Assembly (NCBI GenBank): GCA_022750055.1
Contig: JAKIWL010000002.1
Location: 409,729 to 473,728 of the forward strand
Origin: Thermoplasmata archaeon
GTDB taxonomy: Archaea > Thermoplasmatota > Thermoplasmata > Lutacidiplasmatales > UBA184
Direction: 5' to 3'
DNA: 64,000 nt
The notes beneath the pieces are model-generated. The model worked only from the letters and a program-made list of their open reading frames with translations, did not search any database and had not been told where the DNA came from. Each line of letters starts with the position of its first letter. Position 1 is the stretch's first letter. The position numbers were made by a program, and so were the translations under genes. Positions 35,945 to 45,938 of this stretch are shown piece after piece.

Positions 35945-36811
35945 TCAGCCGCGGGGTCTCGAGAACCCGGAGGCGACGCCACCCGAGCGCCGGGGCGCTC
36001 CCGGAGGGTTCGCCAATCCCTCCAGCAGAAGGTGGAGCGCCCGATCGGGGTGGGTCGATCGTACGACTCCGCTCGCCACGAGCACCCCCTTCGCCCCAAG
36101 CTGCATCGCCATCGAGACATCCTCACGCCGGTGGATTCCGGCTCCGACTAGGAGCTGGGTTTGGAGGGAGACTTCTCGAACCGCCTCGACCGCCTCGACG
36201 ATCAACTCCGGTCTCGCGGTAGACACCGAGACGTCGCCTCCGATGAGCTCGGGCGGCTCGATGGCAAGGTAGGGAGGGTGGAGAGCCGCCATTCGCCATA
36301 CCTCGGCCAGGTCCCGGGCGCATACGATCGCCGCCAGGCCGGCCTCGGCGAGCCGCTGTACGACCCGGGCGACTTCCTCCGCCCCAAGAGGGCGCTCGGA
36401 ATGATTCACGAGGCTCCCCGAGCAGCCCGCCGCTCGGACCGCCTCCGCGACCAGCCGCCCGGTGTGGGCTCCGGGCGGGTCCGGGTCGGTGTGCTGGGCC
36501 AGGACTGGGATCGACACGAGCGCGGCGACGGTACCGAGGTCGGCGGAGGCAGGACAGATCGCTGCCGGAACCCGGAGCCGCTCGCTGACCCGTTCCAGTA
36601 CGCGGGCGAGGCGGATCGCCCCCGGGCCGAGTGCCTGGGGGTAGGATTTCAGATTCAGAACCAGGAGCGGACGGCCGAGGGGAGACGGGTCAGTGCGCGA
36701 TGGCTGCCTTGGGCCGGCGCGGCCGCGAGCAGATGGCGTACTCGTCCCCGTCGAAGAAGACCTCTCGGTCCGGGTGGTGTTTCTGGAGGTCGGAGATCTT
36801 GGATAGGACAT
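35945..36811 (-). CDS. tpiA: Triosephosphate isomerase, archaeal type (start codon uncertain)
   Basis: LNLKSY, AQH.D, GAHTG, NHSE, IEPPELIG, VGAGI, GVLVASG. Confidence 0.92.
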   Translation of the reverse strand: MSYPRSPTSRNTTRTERSSSTGTSTPSARGRAGPRQPSRTDPSPLGRPLLVLNLKSYPQALGPGAIRLARVLERVSERLRVPAAICPASADLGTVAALVSIPVLAQHTDPDPPGAHTGRLVAEAVRAAGCSGSLVNHSERPLGAEEVARVVQRLAEAGLAAIVCARDLAEVWRMAALHPPYLAIEPPELIGGDVSVSTARPELIVEAVEAVREVSLQTQLLVGAGIHRREDVSMAMQLGAKGVLVASGVVRSTHPDRALHLLLEGLANPPGAPRRSGGVASGFSRPRG

Positions 36812-36899
36812 CTTCGAGCGTCGTGGTTTCGTCATTCGGGTCGATCCGAAGGTGGACGATCTTCTCCGGCTTGTCGTGCGCTCGCCCTCGCTCCACCAT
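36690..36899 (-). CDS. Small hypothetical protein (69 aa)
   Basis: Compact globular-looking sequence KIVHLRID...REVFFDGDEYAIC with G/C-ending codons. Confidence 0.6.
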   Translation of the reverse strand: MVERGRAHDKPEKIVHLRIDPNDETTTLEDVLSKISDLQKHHPDREVFFDGDEYAICSRPRRPKAAIAH

Positions 36900-37038
36900 C
36901 GGGCTCCGGCGGGGATGCGCTACGGTGTCGGGTCTAATAGCCTTGCGCGAACCGGGCCGTCCGTCGAATTTATCAGCGGGGGGCCGAATCCCGGGCCGGT
37001 TTGCTGTGCGCGACCGGACCGAGCTCCAGCGCATCGTC

Positions 37039-37281
37039 ATGGGCGAAACCCGCATCATTCTGACACGGGACCTCTCCGTGATGAACCCGAATCTGGTCGT
37101 TGGGGCGCAGGGGCTCGCGGTCGGGAAGCTCGCGAGTTACGTGCTCAAGGTCGCCTTCCCAGCCGTGACGGTGGGCGTGAACTGGCAGGATTGTGACATC
37201 GTCGAAGGCATGAAGGGGATGCCGACCAATGCGGACCAGCCCAAGGTGATCCCCCGCCCCCGGGCGATCGCCGACGAATAG
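37039..37281 (+). CDS. Small hypothetical protein (80 aa, SH3/KOW-like beta pattern)
   Basis: MGETRIILTRDL...VGAQGLAVG...VLKVAFP; G/C-ending codons; fills intergenic gap. Confidence 0.6.
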   Translation: MGETRIILTRDLSVMNPNLVVGAQGLAVGKLASYVLKVAFPAVTVGVNWQDCDIVEGMKGMPTNADQPKVIPRPRAIADE

Positions 37282-37321
37282 TCCCAGATCCGCACCGCGT
37301 CGCGCGACCCATCCGGGGCGA

Positions 37322-40051
37322 CTATCGGATCCGCTCGAGTGCGAACGAACCGATCACGAGGGCGCGGTTCGTCGCGCGGTACTCGATCCAGTCCCGGGAC
37401 TCGACGTCGCCGATCCCTTGGACCGACAGGAACGTGCGCCCCCCTTCACGCTTGAAGTAGATCGCCCCGTCGAGTCGCGACAGTACGGTCTCGAGCTGGG
37501 TCTCCGGGAGCGTTCCGCTCTCGAGAGCGTAGAGCGCGATCGCGTTGCGGGTCTTGAGGACCCCGACGATGTTCTGGATGAACTGCAAGCGCTGGCGGTC
37601 GTCGGCGTTGGCGAGGGAGGACGACAGGCCGAAGAAGGCGACCCGGATCGGACGGGAGTTACTCTCCACGAGCGCGTTGGCCGCCTTGACGAGGGCCGAG
37701 AGGATGCCCGCGTGGTCCTGCGGGCCGTTCGTCTTCAGGTGGGTCTTGGCGAGGTTCTCCTCGGTCGGGATCCCCCCCGTCGAGGAGGCATCCACCCATC
37801 GGACCATGTCGAGCTGTTCGTATTCGTGGAACTGGGGGGCGACGAGGCCGATCTTCTGGGCCACCTCTTCGGGCCCGCGGGCGGCGCTGATGATCACGAC
37901 CCCCTCCCCTCGCTTGAGGCCCTCCGTCAGGAATGCGTAGAGCGCGACCTCCTTCCCGACGAACGCGTCCCCGATGAGGATGACATGACCCTTCGGCGGG
38001 ATCCCACCCAGGAGCAGGTCGTCAAGCCGGGCCGTCCCGGTCGGGAGCCGGTCCGCGAACCGATTCGTCACGGCCCGGGTGAGCATCCCCGGTTCCTCCG
38101 GTTGGGCGGGGGGAACGTACGGAGAGTCGACCACGGTGACGCCGCGCCGCGGGGGGGCCGCTGCCGGCTTCAGGTAACCGGAATCGGGTACCGCCGCGAA
38201 GGCGAGCGAGAAATCCTGGGACCGGCCACTGCGCTTGGCCGCCGACTGGCGGGCGAGCTTGAGCTCGTCATCGAGCATCGAGACCTTCTTCTCCTGAACG
38301 GTGAGCTCGCGTCCACGCCGGTCGATCTCGGCCCGCCGGTTCTTGATGTCGACCTCGTGGTCCGCCTGGCTCTTGGCCCGGCCCTCGAGCTCCCTTTCGC
38401 GCTGGTCGAGCTCGTCGCCGCGCTGGCCCAGCGCCGCCGCCCGGCCGTCGACCCCCTGGATCTTCTGGTCGAGGACCTTGAGATTCTCTTCGTATCGGTG
38501 AACGTTCGCTTCGGCCAGCGCGATCCGCTCCGCGGCATCCTTCTCCCGTTCGATGGCCTGGGCCTCTTGGAATCGAAGGTCCTCGAGCTCCCGGGTGCGG
38601 CCCTCCCGAGACTTGGATAGCTCCGCTTGCTGAGCCTGGATGTCGGCCGAGCGGCCGTCGAGGGAGCGCTTCTGTTGGTCGAGCGTCTCCTGAAGGACGG
38701 CGAGGCGGGCCTCCTTCGCGGCGAGGTCCGGACCGGGGGGCGCCGGTGCCCCCTTGGGAGGGGGCCCCCCTCGAGCGATCTCGCTCTCCTTCTGCAGCAG
38801 TTCTTGGGTCTTCCGCTCGATCTCTTGACGACGTGCGGTGAGTCGGGCCTCCATCTCGGCCGCGTCGGTGGCTCGGCGATCGAGCTCCTTACCCCGCAGG
38901 TTCGTCGCCGCCTCGCGCTGGACGAGCTCACCCTCCCGGCGGATCGTCTCCTTCTCCCGGTTCGTCAGCCTCGGAAGTCGGGCCTCGATGTCCTTCTCCC
39001 GGAGGAGCAGCGCCTGTTCTTTGTCCTCGATGCCGCGGGCCCGGGCGTTCGTCTCGGCGAGCTTCACCGCAAGCTCTCGTTGGAGCCGCGTGAGCGTGGT
39101 CGTCCGAGCCTGGCCCTCCGTCTCGAGCGTCGTCGCGTGGACGCGGGACTCCTCGATCGCCTCGAGCTTGCGCTGGATCCCGATCTCCGCGTTCTCTACG
39201 TCCGCCTCGCGGCCGATCAGGCTTGCCTCGCGGAAGCGGACCGCATCCTCCCGGTCCTTCAGTTGGTTGGCGACCTGCCCGAGGCGGCTCTGGGAGGAAA
39301 GGATCACCGCCCGCTCGTGGGGTCTCGTTCCGGAGGCGATGAGGTGGAGGAAGGAGCCGGACATCAGGTAGAGGACCGCCGCAACGGCCAGCGAGAGGGC
39401 GATAGACGAGGCGTGCGCGGCCGGACTGAGCCCTGGAACGAAGACGATGAGGGCGAGCAGGGTGGGACCCACGGCCGCCGCAACCCCGAGGGTCTTCGAC
39501 TGGGTCCACTCCGGCCAGGTCAACGCGAGGCCGACCATCGGGAGGCTGAGACCGACGAGGCTCAGGGGATAGAACCCCGGCAGGAGCCCCCAGGAGGCGG
39601 TCGGGCCGGCATGGAAGACGGTTCCGCCGAAGATGATCAGCAGCACCGCGTCGAGGGCGACCGCGAGCAGGGTGACGGCGAAATGAGGTTCCCAGGGCCA
39701 GACCTGGTACTCCTCCCATTTCGCCCAGAGGCCATAGGCCGCCACGTAGAGGCCCGCGACGAGGGGGAGGGCGAGGAAGTAGAGCGAAGAGAGCTGTAGC
39801 GAGGCCGAACCGGAAAGCACAGGGGGGAAGATCAGGATCAACGCCGTATCGAGAAGGAGGGCCGCCGCCACCCCGACCGAATAATAGTGGGCCCCCCGAC
39901 CGATGGCGAGCTGTAGAAGCGCGTCCTTCTGGGAGTGGTCGATGTCCCTAGGGGTGAGCGCCGACGCATACGGCCTCGGGGCAGGGCGGGCGGTGGGCGG
40001 CGTGGGGGCCGCGGCCTTTGGAGTCGGCTTGGAAGATGGCAAACCCAGCAC
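37322..40051 (-). CDS. Multi-pass membrane protein with long coiled coil and C-terminal KaiC/RAD55-like RecA-fold domain
   Basis: About six TMs, ~350 aa E/R/A-rich heptads, PTGTARLDDLLLGGIP and GDAFVGKE P-loop variant. Confidence 0.78.
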   Translation of the reverse strand: MLGLPSSKPTPKAAAPTPPTARPAPRPYASALTPRDIDHSQKDALLQLAIGRGAHYYSVGVAAALLLDTALILIFPPVLSGSASLQLSSLYFLALPLVAGLYVAAYGLWAKWEEYQVWPWEPHFAVTLLAVALDAVLLIIFGGTVFHAGPTASWGLLPGFYPLSLVGLSLPMVGLALTWPEWTQSKTLGVAAAVGPTLLALIVFVPGLSPAAHASSIALSLAVAAVLYLMSGSFLHLIASGTRPHERAVILSSQSRLGQVANQLKDREDAVRFREASLIGREADVENAEIGIQRKLEAIEESRVHATTLETEGQARTTTLTRLQRELAVKLAETNARARGIEDKEQALLLREKDIEARLPRLTNREKETIRREGELVQREAATNLRGKELDRRATDAAEMEARLTARRQEIERKTQELLQKESEIARGGPPPKGAPAPPGPDLAAKEARLAVLQETLDQQKRSLDGRSADIQAQQAELSKSREGRTRELEDLRFQEAQAIEREKDAAERIALAEANVHRYEENLKVLDQKIQGVDGRAAALGQRGDELDQRERELEGRAKSQADHEVDIKNRRAEIDRRGRELTVQEKKVSMLDDELKLARQSAAKRSGRSQDFSLAFAAVPDSGYLKPAAAPPRRGVTVVDSPYVPPAQPEEPGMLTRAVTNRFADRLPTGTARLDDLLLGGIPPKGHVILIGDAFVGKEVALYAFLTEGLKRGEGVVIISAARGPEEVAQKIGLVAPQFHEYEQLDMVRWVDASSTGGIPTEENLAKTHLKTNGPQDHAGILSALVKAANALVESNSRPIRVAFFGLSSSLANADDRQRLQFIQNIVGVLKTRNAIALYALESGTLPETQLETVLSRLDGAIYFKREGGRTFLSVQGIGDVESRDWIEYRATNRALVIGSFALERIR

Positions 40052-40096
40052 TACCCATCAATTCACGGGTCCGCGCGCTACTTAATCATGCGCTTT

Positions 40097-41044
40097 TTAG
40101 GGTGGTGGGGCCTGGGCTCGGACTCCAGCAACCAACAGGGAGGCGGCGACCTCCCGGTGCTCGACCTGCCGCCCGAACCGTTCCTCCAACTCGAGGAGAT
40201 TCTTCCACGCGCGGGGATCCCGTGAGACTTCACGGACCCGGTCCGGGTCCGCCCCTAGGAGAGGGGCCACGGCCAGGGACTCTGCCCACTCGACCCCCGC
40301 TCGTTGGAACTCGGCGCGGAGATCGCCTTCGGTGAATCGGCGAAAGCCATGATGGGGTCGGGTCGGGGCCAGGATCGGCTCGAATCCCTCCCGTTCGATC
40401 CGCGCCTGGAGGGCGTTCGGCGGGGCCAGCATGAGCCGGCCGACGGCCTTCGGCGGAAGCCGCTTGAGGTATCTCGAGCGGGCTCCGGTCCCAGCGACAG
40501 CCTCCAGAACGAGAATTCCCCCGGGGGCGAGAAGGGCCGAACATTCCGAGAGAAGTCTCTCGGATTGAGGGCCCGCAAATCCAAGCGGGTTGCCGAGTGC
40601 GACGACCAATTCGAAGCGACCACGAGCGAGCGGGGGACGGACCCCGTCCCCTCGGACCAGGGCCGGTACAGGAGCCGAGGACCGCGCCGCCCAGCGGTCT
40701 CGAACGTAGCCCAGGGCTGCCTCGGACAGGTCAAGAAGGACTCGCTTCCCTGGGTCGATTCCCACCCAGGGTGAGAACCGACCCGGGCCGGGGCCCACCT
40801 CGAGCGCTCGGCCCGATCGCCGTGCGTTACGCTGAAGGAACCTCTCTCGCAGTTGACGAAACAGGTCTCGCTGCGGGGTCCCCTCGTAGCGCCGCCATTC
40901 CCGCTCCACCCGGTACCGGTCGAGATGGCGAAACCGTCCGCGCGCCGACGGTGTTTCCACCGGCACTGAGGCACCAGAAGGTCGGGAGCCGACCGTTCCA
41001 CCCTTCACCCGACCAGGGTGAGGGGGCTCGGGTCGCAGTCTCAT
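40097..41044 (-). CDS. Class I SAM-dependent methyltransferase
   Basis: ALEVGPGPGRF, VLLDLS, FELVV, LLAPGG; start uncertain. Confidence 0.8.
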   Translation of the reverse strand: MRLRPEPPHPGRVKGGTVGSRPSGASVPVETPSARGRFRHLDRYRVEREWRRYEGTPQRDLFRQLRERFLQRNARRSGRALEVGPGPGRFSPWVGIDPGKRVLLDLSEAALGYVRDRWAARSSAPVPALVRGDGVRPPLARGRFELVVALGNPLGFAGPQSERLLSECSALLAPGGILVLEAVAGTGARSRYLKRLPPKAVGRLMLAPPNALQARIEREGFEPILAPTRPHHGFRRFTEGDLRAEFQRAGVEWAESLAVAPLLGADPDRVREVSRDPRAWKNLLELEERFGRQVEHREVAASLLVAGVRAQAPPP

Positions 41045-41216
41045 CGCGGGGGACCCCTCTCGTCCGGCTCGAGCGACATCGATCGGACCGCCAACGGCCG
41101 GCGACCGGGTCGGGCGCCCTCGAGTGGGTCGGCTCCGGATGGGATCGGCCGGCCAGACGCCCCCCCGATCATCGGCCCCTCGGCGCAGCGAACCTCTGGA
41201 CCGAGCCCGATAGGGA

Positions 41217-44200
41217 TCACCGGACTCCCTTTCGGAGCCTCCAGACGAGGATTCCGAGCACCGCGAGCCCAACCGCAGCTCCAATCGCGAGCTCAACTGG
41301 CAGACCGGAGGGCCCAAAGAACCCCTGGGATCCGGAACGGCCCACCAGTTCGACCGGACTGGAGGTCGCGTTGAACCCGTTCGAGTCCCGAACCGTCACG
41401 ACGACATGGTAGGACCCTGCCGTTTCGACCTCGCACACGACGGTGGGCCCGGAACTCGGGCAATCTGACGGGAGACCCGTCCACACATACTCGTACCACC
41501 CTGATCCTCCACTTGCTCGGGCCGAGACGGAGAAGAACCCGCCCACCGACACCGATGGAGCGCTCACCGATCGGGCGCTGACCTGAGGATCGGAATCGGT
41601 CGTCACGCGGATGGACGCATTCGTGGCCGACCTCTCGCCGTTCGAATCAACGGCCTGCACCGAGATCTCCATGGCTCCCACCGATTCCATTTCGCAGGAG
41701 ACCTTGCTCGTCCCGGCGGACTCGCATCCGGCCGGTAGTCCGCTCCAGATGAATCCGTAGGGGCCGACTCCTCCGGATGCAGAAGCAAAAAATCCAACCA
41801 CTTGGTGGATATCGGCCACGTTCCGGCTTGCCTCGGCATTCGTCAGGTTCAACGCGGGGCTCACGAGGAGTCGAACCGTAGGACTGACCCTAGAGACGCC
41901 GTCCTGATCGGTCACCAGGACGAACGCGGCGAGCGGCCCGGGCTGGACTAGCTCGCAGGTCGGCGAGGAGGTCGTGAGGCCCGAGCAGGACGCCAACGAG
42001 AGGCCCCCCCAGGTGTACTCGAGCGAGCTCCAGCTAACCGCCGCCTCCGCGAACCTGACGGTTTGGCCCACATCGGCGCTCGAGGGATTCGCGGACGGCA
42101 TCCTCACCTGGGGGAGCAGGTGCACCATGAAATCCAACGGAACGCTCTCGACCACGTCCCCGTTGCCGTCGTGCACCAACGCTCGGACGGTGAGAGCTTC
42201 GGGGTATCCGAACACGCAAGTCGCCCGATCCGTGTCGAGGCCACTACACTCTGTCGACGAAAGCCCCTGCCACACAAACCCCGAGTAGTTCCCGTCCCCC
42301 CCGGAAGGCACTTCGACAAACGTGATCGACTGATTCACGTCCGCGGAGGGAGGGCCCAGGGTACCGTTATGCAGCACCGTGATGGCCCCGGCAGCAAGGG
42401 AATCGTTCGTAGCGAGTCTCAGAGAGTTCGAATAGCCGGAGGAGGCGTTCCGCCACCATCCCTGGACCTCGAAGCAGTAGGACTCCCCCCGGTTAAGCCC
42501 GGTGACATTGTAGAAGGTCGATCGGCCCACGCCAACACCTGCGCTCCAGACGCCGCACACGCCTCCGTACAGGACGGTGCCATTGTCGATGGCCGCTGGA
42601 GCGGTCCATGCAAGAGCCACGGAGTTCCCGGTCCGGCTCGGTGATCGAAGGTCGAAGGGCGCGTTCAGCTCGACCGTAAGCCCGTTCGAGTATTCAGAAT
42701 CCGCGCTGCCGTTCCATCCGGCAACAGAGAAGCAGTAGGTCCCACCGTCATAGAGGCCGGTCGCTGTCGCGACCCGGACGTCGGGTGCTTCAACGTCAAC
42801 ATAGGCCCACGGGCCGCTGACCGCCGACGCGCTGGCGCACGGACCCTCGCGGTAGAACAGGTAGACCGCCCGGTAGGCGAAACTCCCGTTATGGACTACC
42901 CAGGCTAGCGTCGCAGAGGTCGGGCCGCTTCCCAATTCCGATAGGCCCGTGGGACCGCCCGGCGGGTTGCTCGAACGCGGCGCGGTCACGTCGGACAGTT
43001 TCAAAGGCGTTCCGAAGAAGTGCTGGTTCAAGGGGACGACCTCCATGTAGTAGGTTTGGGCGGAGGAAAGCCCCGTGAGATTCACGAAACGCGCGGTGGG
43101 GAGTAGTGACATCGAGGCAGTAAAGTTCGGGGAGGTGCCCCAATAGACCGTGTAATTCAGCAGGGGAAACTCCCCGGCAGCCGGCTGGGCCCATGAGAGG
43201 TTCAAGTAGGTCGCCCCGGTGCCGATCCCGGTTTCCACAGGGGTCGCCGGCGGCAGCGGCTGGGCGATCGGGGAATCGGAAGGGAACGGGAACTTCGGTT
43301 CGCCGAGGCGCCAGTAGTAGTACACCTTCCCCCGCGAAGCGGTCTGGTCAATCAGGCAGCTCGAGAATGTATGACAGTCCATCGCCTCTAAGGAAAGGGT
43401 GTAGGTCCCGTTGAAGAACAATCCCTCCTCGTTGTACGCCTGTTGGGCCGGATACTCACCTCCTCCGGAATATTGCGTGCCCCAGACGAGCGAGACGTTC
43501 GTGGCGTACCACTGTCCGCTCCCCGGATCCAAGAGCCACGAGTCGTTCTCGAATGTGTTGTTCCAGGTGCCTGCGACCCAGGGGCCCTGGGCAGCGAGGC
43601 CGATTCGATGTTCGGAGGACCCGGTGGGTAGGCCCCCCTGGCTCCCCTCGGCGAGAGGCTCCCCGAAACCGCATCGGTGGCCGCTCGGGAGGTAGCCAGC
43701 ACCGGACATCACCCCTCCAATCCCGAGCGTTGCGTACCCCGTGTACACCGCCGAACCGGCGCAGTATCCGGCGGTCCAATACAGGCGATGCCCCGTCAGG
43801 TCGTAGTCCATCCCGGCAACATAGTTCGACGGGGCTCCACCCGGCCCCCACGTCGAGCTAGCCACGCTGGTGATGCCCCCACGCGTGAGCATGTATTGGA
43901 CGACCGTCCAAGTGGTCGCCCCGTTGGCGGCGATGTTGAACCACGAATTGAGCGGAGGCACCCAGTAGAGGTTGTTGGCCTCGAAGAAGGAGAGCACCCC
44001 CAACCTCCATTGCGTGTGGTTCCGTAGGTCCCAAGCCCACATCTGACCCTGGCTGGTGGTCAGGACCGCCTCGGTGTAGCTTCCATTGAGGCCGACCATG
44101 TTCACCTGGCCGTTCAGATTCGTGCTGGCGGAACTGACCCCTGACCAGTTCCATTCGAACGTTTGTCCCGTCGAGACGTTGACCGCGTAGAACGTCAGGG

Positions 44201-44918
44201 TCGAGGCGGACCCACAAATGGACCTACATCCGAGCTCGTAGACGAACGACCCATCGGACGTCACCCACTCGGTGTCCTTCTGGCAACCGTAGTAGCAGAT
44301 GTTGTCATAGAGCGGGAGCCAGGGTCCGATCGGCGTAACTTGTTGGGTCGCGAAATTGAAGAAGACGAGCTCCAACGACCGATTCACGTAGAACGCCCCG
44401 TCGGCGGTCCAGGAGAGTAACGGGACCTGGACATTCTGGTCCACAGCCGTACGATACGGACTCAGATCGTAGTAATCGGGAAGGGTGAGCGTTGCGTTGC
44501 CGTAGGGCAGGAACGGCTGGGCGACGACGTCGCCGAGATTCGACGAGGGACCCGAGGCGACGAAGTACCAATCGGCCCCGCCGTACCCCGTGGTCCGATT
44601 CGTGAAGAGGTAGTACGATGCGGAGGAGGCCGGGAGGCCCACGGAGAAGGCCCCCCCCGATTTCGAGAGGGCGGAGCCGACGAAATGGCAGCTCGCAATA
44701 CCAGATTGAGTGGACGGATACGACGGGCATGGATATTGGACGACGGTCACGTTCGCCCCCGCTATTCCAGAACCGCCCGGCGTGGTGATGTTGCCGAATA
44801 CCGACCAAGACGGGGCCAACCACGGGGCCGTCGCATTCTCATTCTGAGCGTGCATTGGAATCGTCGGTGTCGCCATCATGACGATGGTGAGTAGCATCAG
44901 CGGGACGGACCACGGCAT
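41217..44918 (-). CDS. Large secreted protein with three FN3 domains, Ig-like repeats and C-terminal TM
   Basis: Signal peptide; FN3 patterns (LSWAQP..YTVYW..LTGL..TY; VTGLNRGESYCFEV); WxGL.xxC repeats; TM-WRLRK. Confidence 0.78.
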   Translation of the reverse strand: MPWSVPLMLLTIVMMATPTIPMHAQNENATAPWLAPSWSVFGNITTPGGSGIAGANVTVVQYPCPSYPSTQSGIASCHFVGSALSKSGGAFSVGLPASSASYYLFTNRTTGYGGADWYFVASGPSSNLGDVVAQPFLPYGNATLTLPDYYDLSPYRTAVDQNVQVPLLSWTADGAFYVNRSLELVFFNFATQQVTPIGPWLPLYDNICYYGCQKDTEWVTSDGSFVYELGCRSICGSASTLTFYAVNVSTGQTFEWNWSGVSSASTNLNGQVNMVGLNGSYTEAVLTTSQGQMWAWDLRNHTQWRLGVLSFFEANNLYWVPPLNSWFNIAANGATTWTVVQYMLTRGGITSVASSTWGPGGAPSNYVAGMDYDLTGHRLYWTAGYCAGSAVYTGYATLGIGGVMSGAGYLPSGHRCGFGEPLAEGSQGGLPTGSSEHRIGLAAQGPWVAGTWNNTFENDSWLLDPGSGQWYATNVSLVWGTQYSGGGEYPAQQAYNEEGLFFNGTYTLSLEAMDCHTFSSCLIDQTASRGKVYYYWRLGEPKFPFPSDSPIAQPLPPATPVETGIGTGATYLNLSWAQPAAGEFPLLNYTVYWGTSPNFTASMSLLPTARFVNLTGLSSAQTYYMEVVPLNQHFFGTPLKLSDVTAPRSSNPPGGPTGLSELGSGPTSATLAWVVHNGSFAYRAVYLFYREGPCASASAVSGPWAYVDVEAPDVRVATATGLYDGGTYCFSVAGWNGSADSEYSNGLTVELNAPFDLRSPSRTGNSVALAWTAPAAIDNGTVLYGGVCGVWSAGVGVGRSTFYNVTGLNRGESYCFEVQGWWRNASSGYSNSLRLATNDSLAAGAITVLHNGTLGPPSADVNQSITFVEVPSGGDGNYSGFVWQGLSSTECSGLDTDRATCVFGYPEALTVRALVHDGNGDVVESVPLDFMVHLLPQVRMPSANPSSADVGQTVRFAEAAVSWSSLEYTWGGLSLASCSGLTTSSPTCELVQPGPLAAFVLVTDQDGVSRVSPTVRLLVSPALNLTNAEASRNVADIHQVVGFFASASGGVGPYGFIWSGLPAGCESAGTSKVSCEMESVGAMEISVQAVDSNGERSATNASIRVTTDSDPQVSARSVSAPSVSVGGFFSVSARASGGSGWYEYVWTGLPSDCPSSGPTVVCEVETAGSYHVVVTVRDSNGFNATSSPVELVGRSGSQGFFGPSGLPVELAIGAAVGLAVLGILVWRLRKGVR

Positions 44919-45113
44919 CGGCTTCGCCCTCCTGGAGGGAGCTCTCGGGGCCCAATCAAGGGTCGCCTTGACCGGTCAGCCCTACCGCTCCGGCTCCCAA
45001 CAAAGTCGTCTCCACCTTCCTGCCGAGCGGGCGAAGTGGTCGGGAACGGCGAACCGTCGACCTAGGGCCCTTATATACTCTCATCATCACGAGTCAGTTA
45101 GTTGGAAGGAACC

Positions 45114-45257
45114 ATGCCGTACTACGAATGCCCAAAATGCGGTGGGGGATACGTCATCGATGTTCAGCCGAGCGCGAAGCCGGTGTGCGATCGCGATGGA
45201 GCGAGGCTCAAGCGGACCAGCGATGCCTCGTACGAGCGAAGCGCCAGGGAAGAGTAG
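45114..45257 (+). CDS. 47-aa zinc-ribbon microprotein (CPKCG...CDRDG)
   Basis: MPYYECPKCGGGYVIDVQPSAKPVCDRDGARLKRTSDASYERSAREE; CTTATATA box at 45070 and GAAGGA upstream. Confidence 0.72.
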   Translation: MPYYECPKCGGGYVIDVQPSAKPVCDRDGARLKRTSDASYERSAREE

Positions 45258-45284
45258 GCTTCTCGCTCGAGGGGCCCTGTCCTG

Positions 45285-45938
45285 ATGGCCGCCCGGGGTC
45301 CCCTCGTCCCAAGGGCGGCCCACAGGGCCGGTCTGCTGATGCTGGTAGCGGCGGTCGAATTTACGGCCGCCATGGGAATTGCTCAGAAAGGGTATCCCGG
45401 ATTCAGCGATGTCTCGAACGCCATCAGCGACCTCGGCAACTCGACGAAGTCCCCCTGGTTCCTCGTCTTCAACGTCGCGATCGTCGTCTTCGGCTTCATC
45501 GGTCTAGGAGCCTCGTGGCTCTTGCGGGCTGCGTTCCGGCCCAAGACGTCCGCTCACATCGGGGTCGCCTTGTTAGGGGCCGCCTTCGTCGGAGCGATCG
45601 GGGTCGGACTGTTCCCCGAGCAGGTTCAACATGGACTCCACGCGGCGTTCTCCGCCTTGGCTTTCGTCGCGTCGGGGATCGCCCTTCTGACGCTCTCCCT
45701 CTCGATGTTAAGGGACACACGCTGGGAAGGAATGCGATTGTATACCGCTCTCTCGGGCGCGGTGGCCCTCATCGCGATCGCGCTGCTGTTTTCCTCCCTG
45801 ACCACTTCGTCCGATTTCGGGGCGGTGGAGCGGGTAATCGTCGCCCCCGTCTTGCTTTGGTTCGCGGTCGCCGGGATCCACTTGTGGCGAATGCCGGTCT
45901 ACGACCCGGTCGCGCTAGGTGAGGCTGGCGCCGGATAG
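45285..45938 (+). CDS. DUF998 family membrane protein
   Basis: YPGFS..NAISDLG, GVGLFPE, LH, GAVER motifs; six TMs. Confidence 0.82.
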   Translation: MAARGPLVPRAAHRAGLLMLVAAVEFTAAMGIAQKGYPGFSDVSNAISDLGNSTKSPWFLVFNVAIVVFGFIGLGASWLLRAAFRPKTSAHIGVALLGAAFVGAIGVGLFPEQVQHGLHAAFSALAFVASGIALLTLSLSMLRDTRWEGMRLYTALSGAVALIAIALLFSSLTTSSDFGAVERVIVAPVLLWFAVAGIHLWRMPVYDPVALGEAGAG

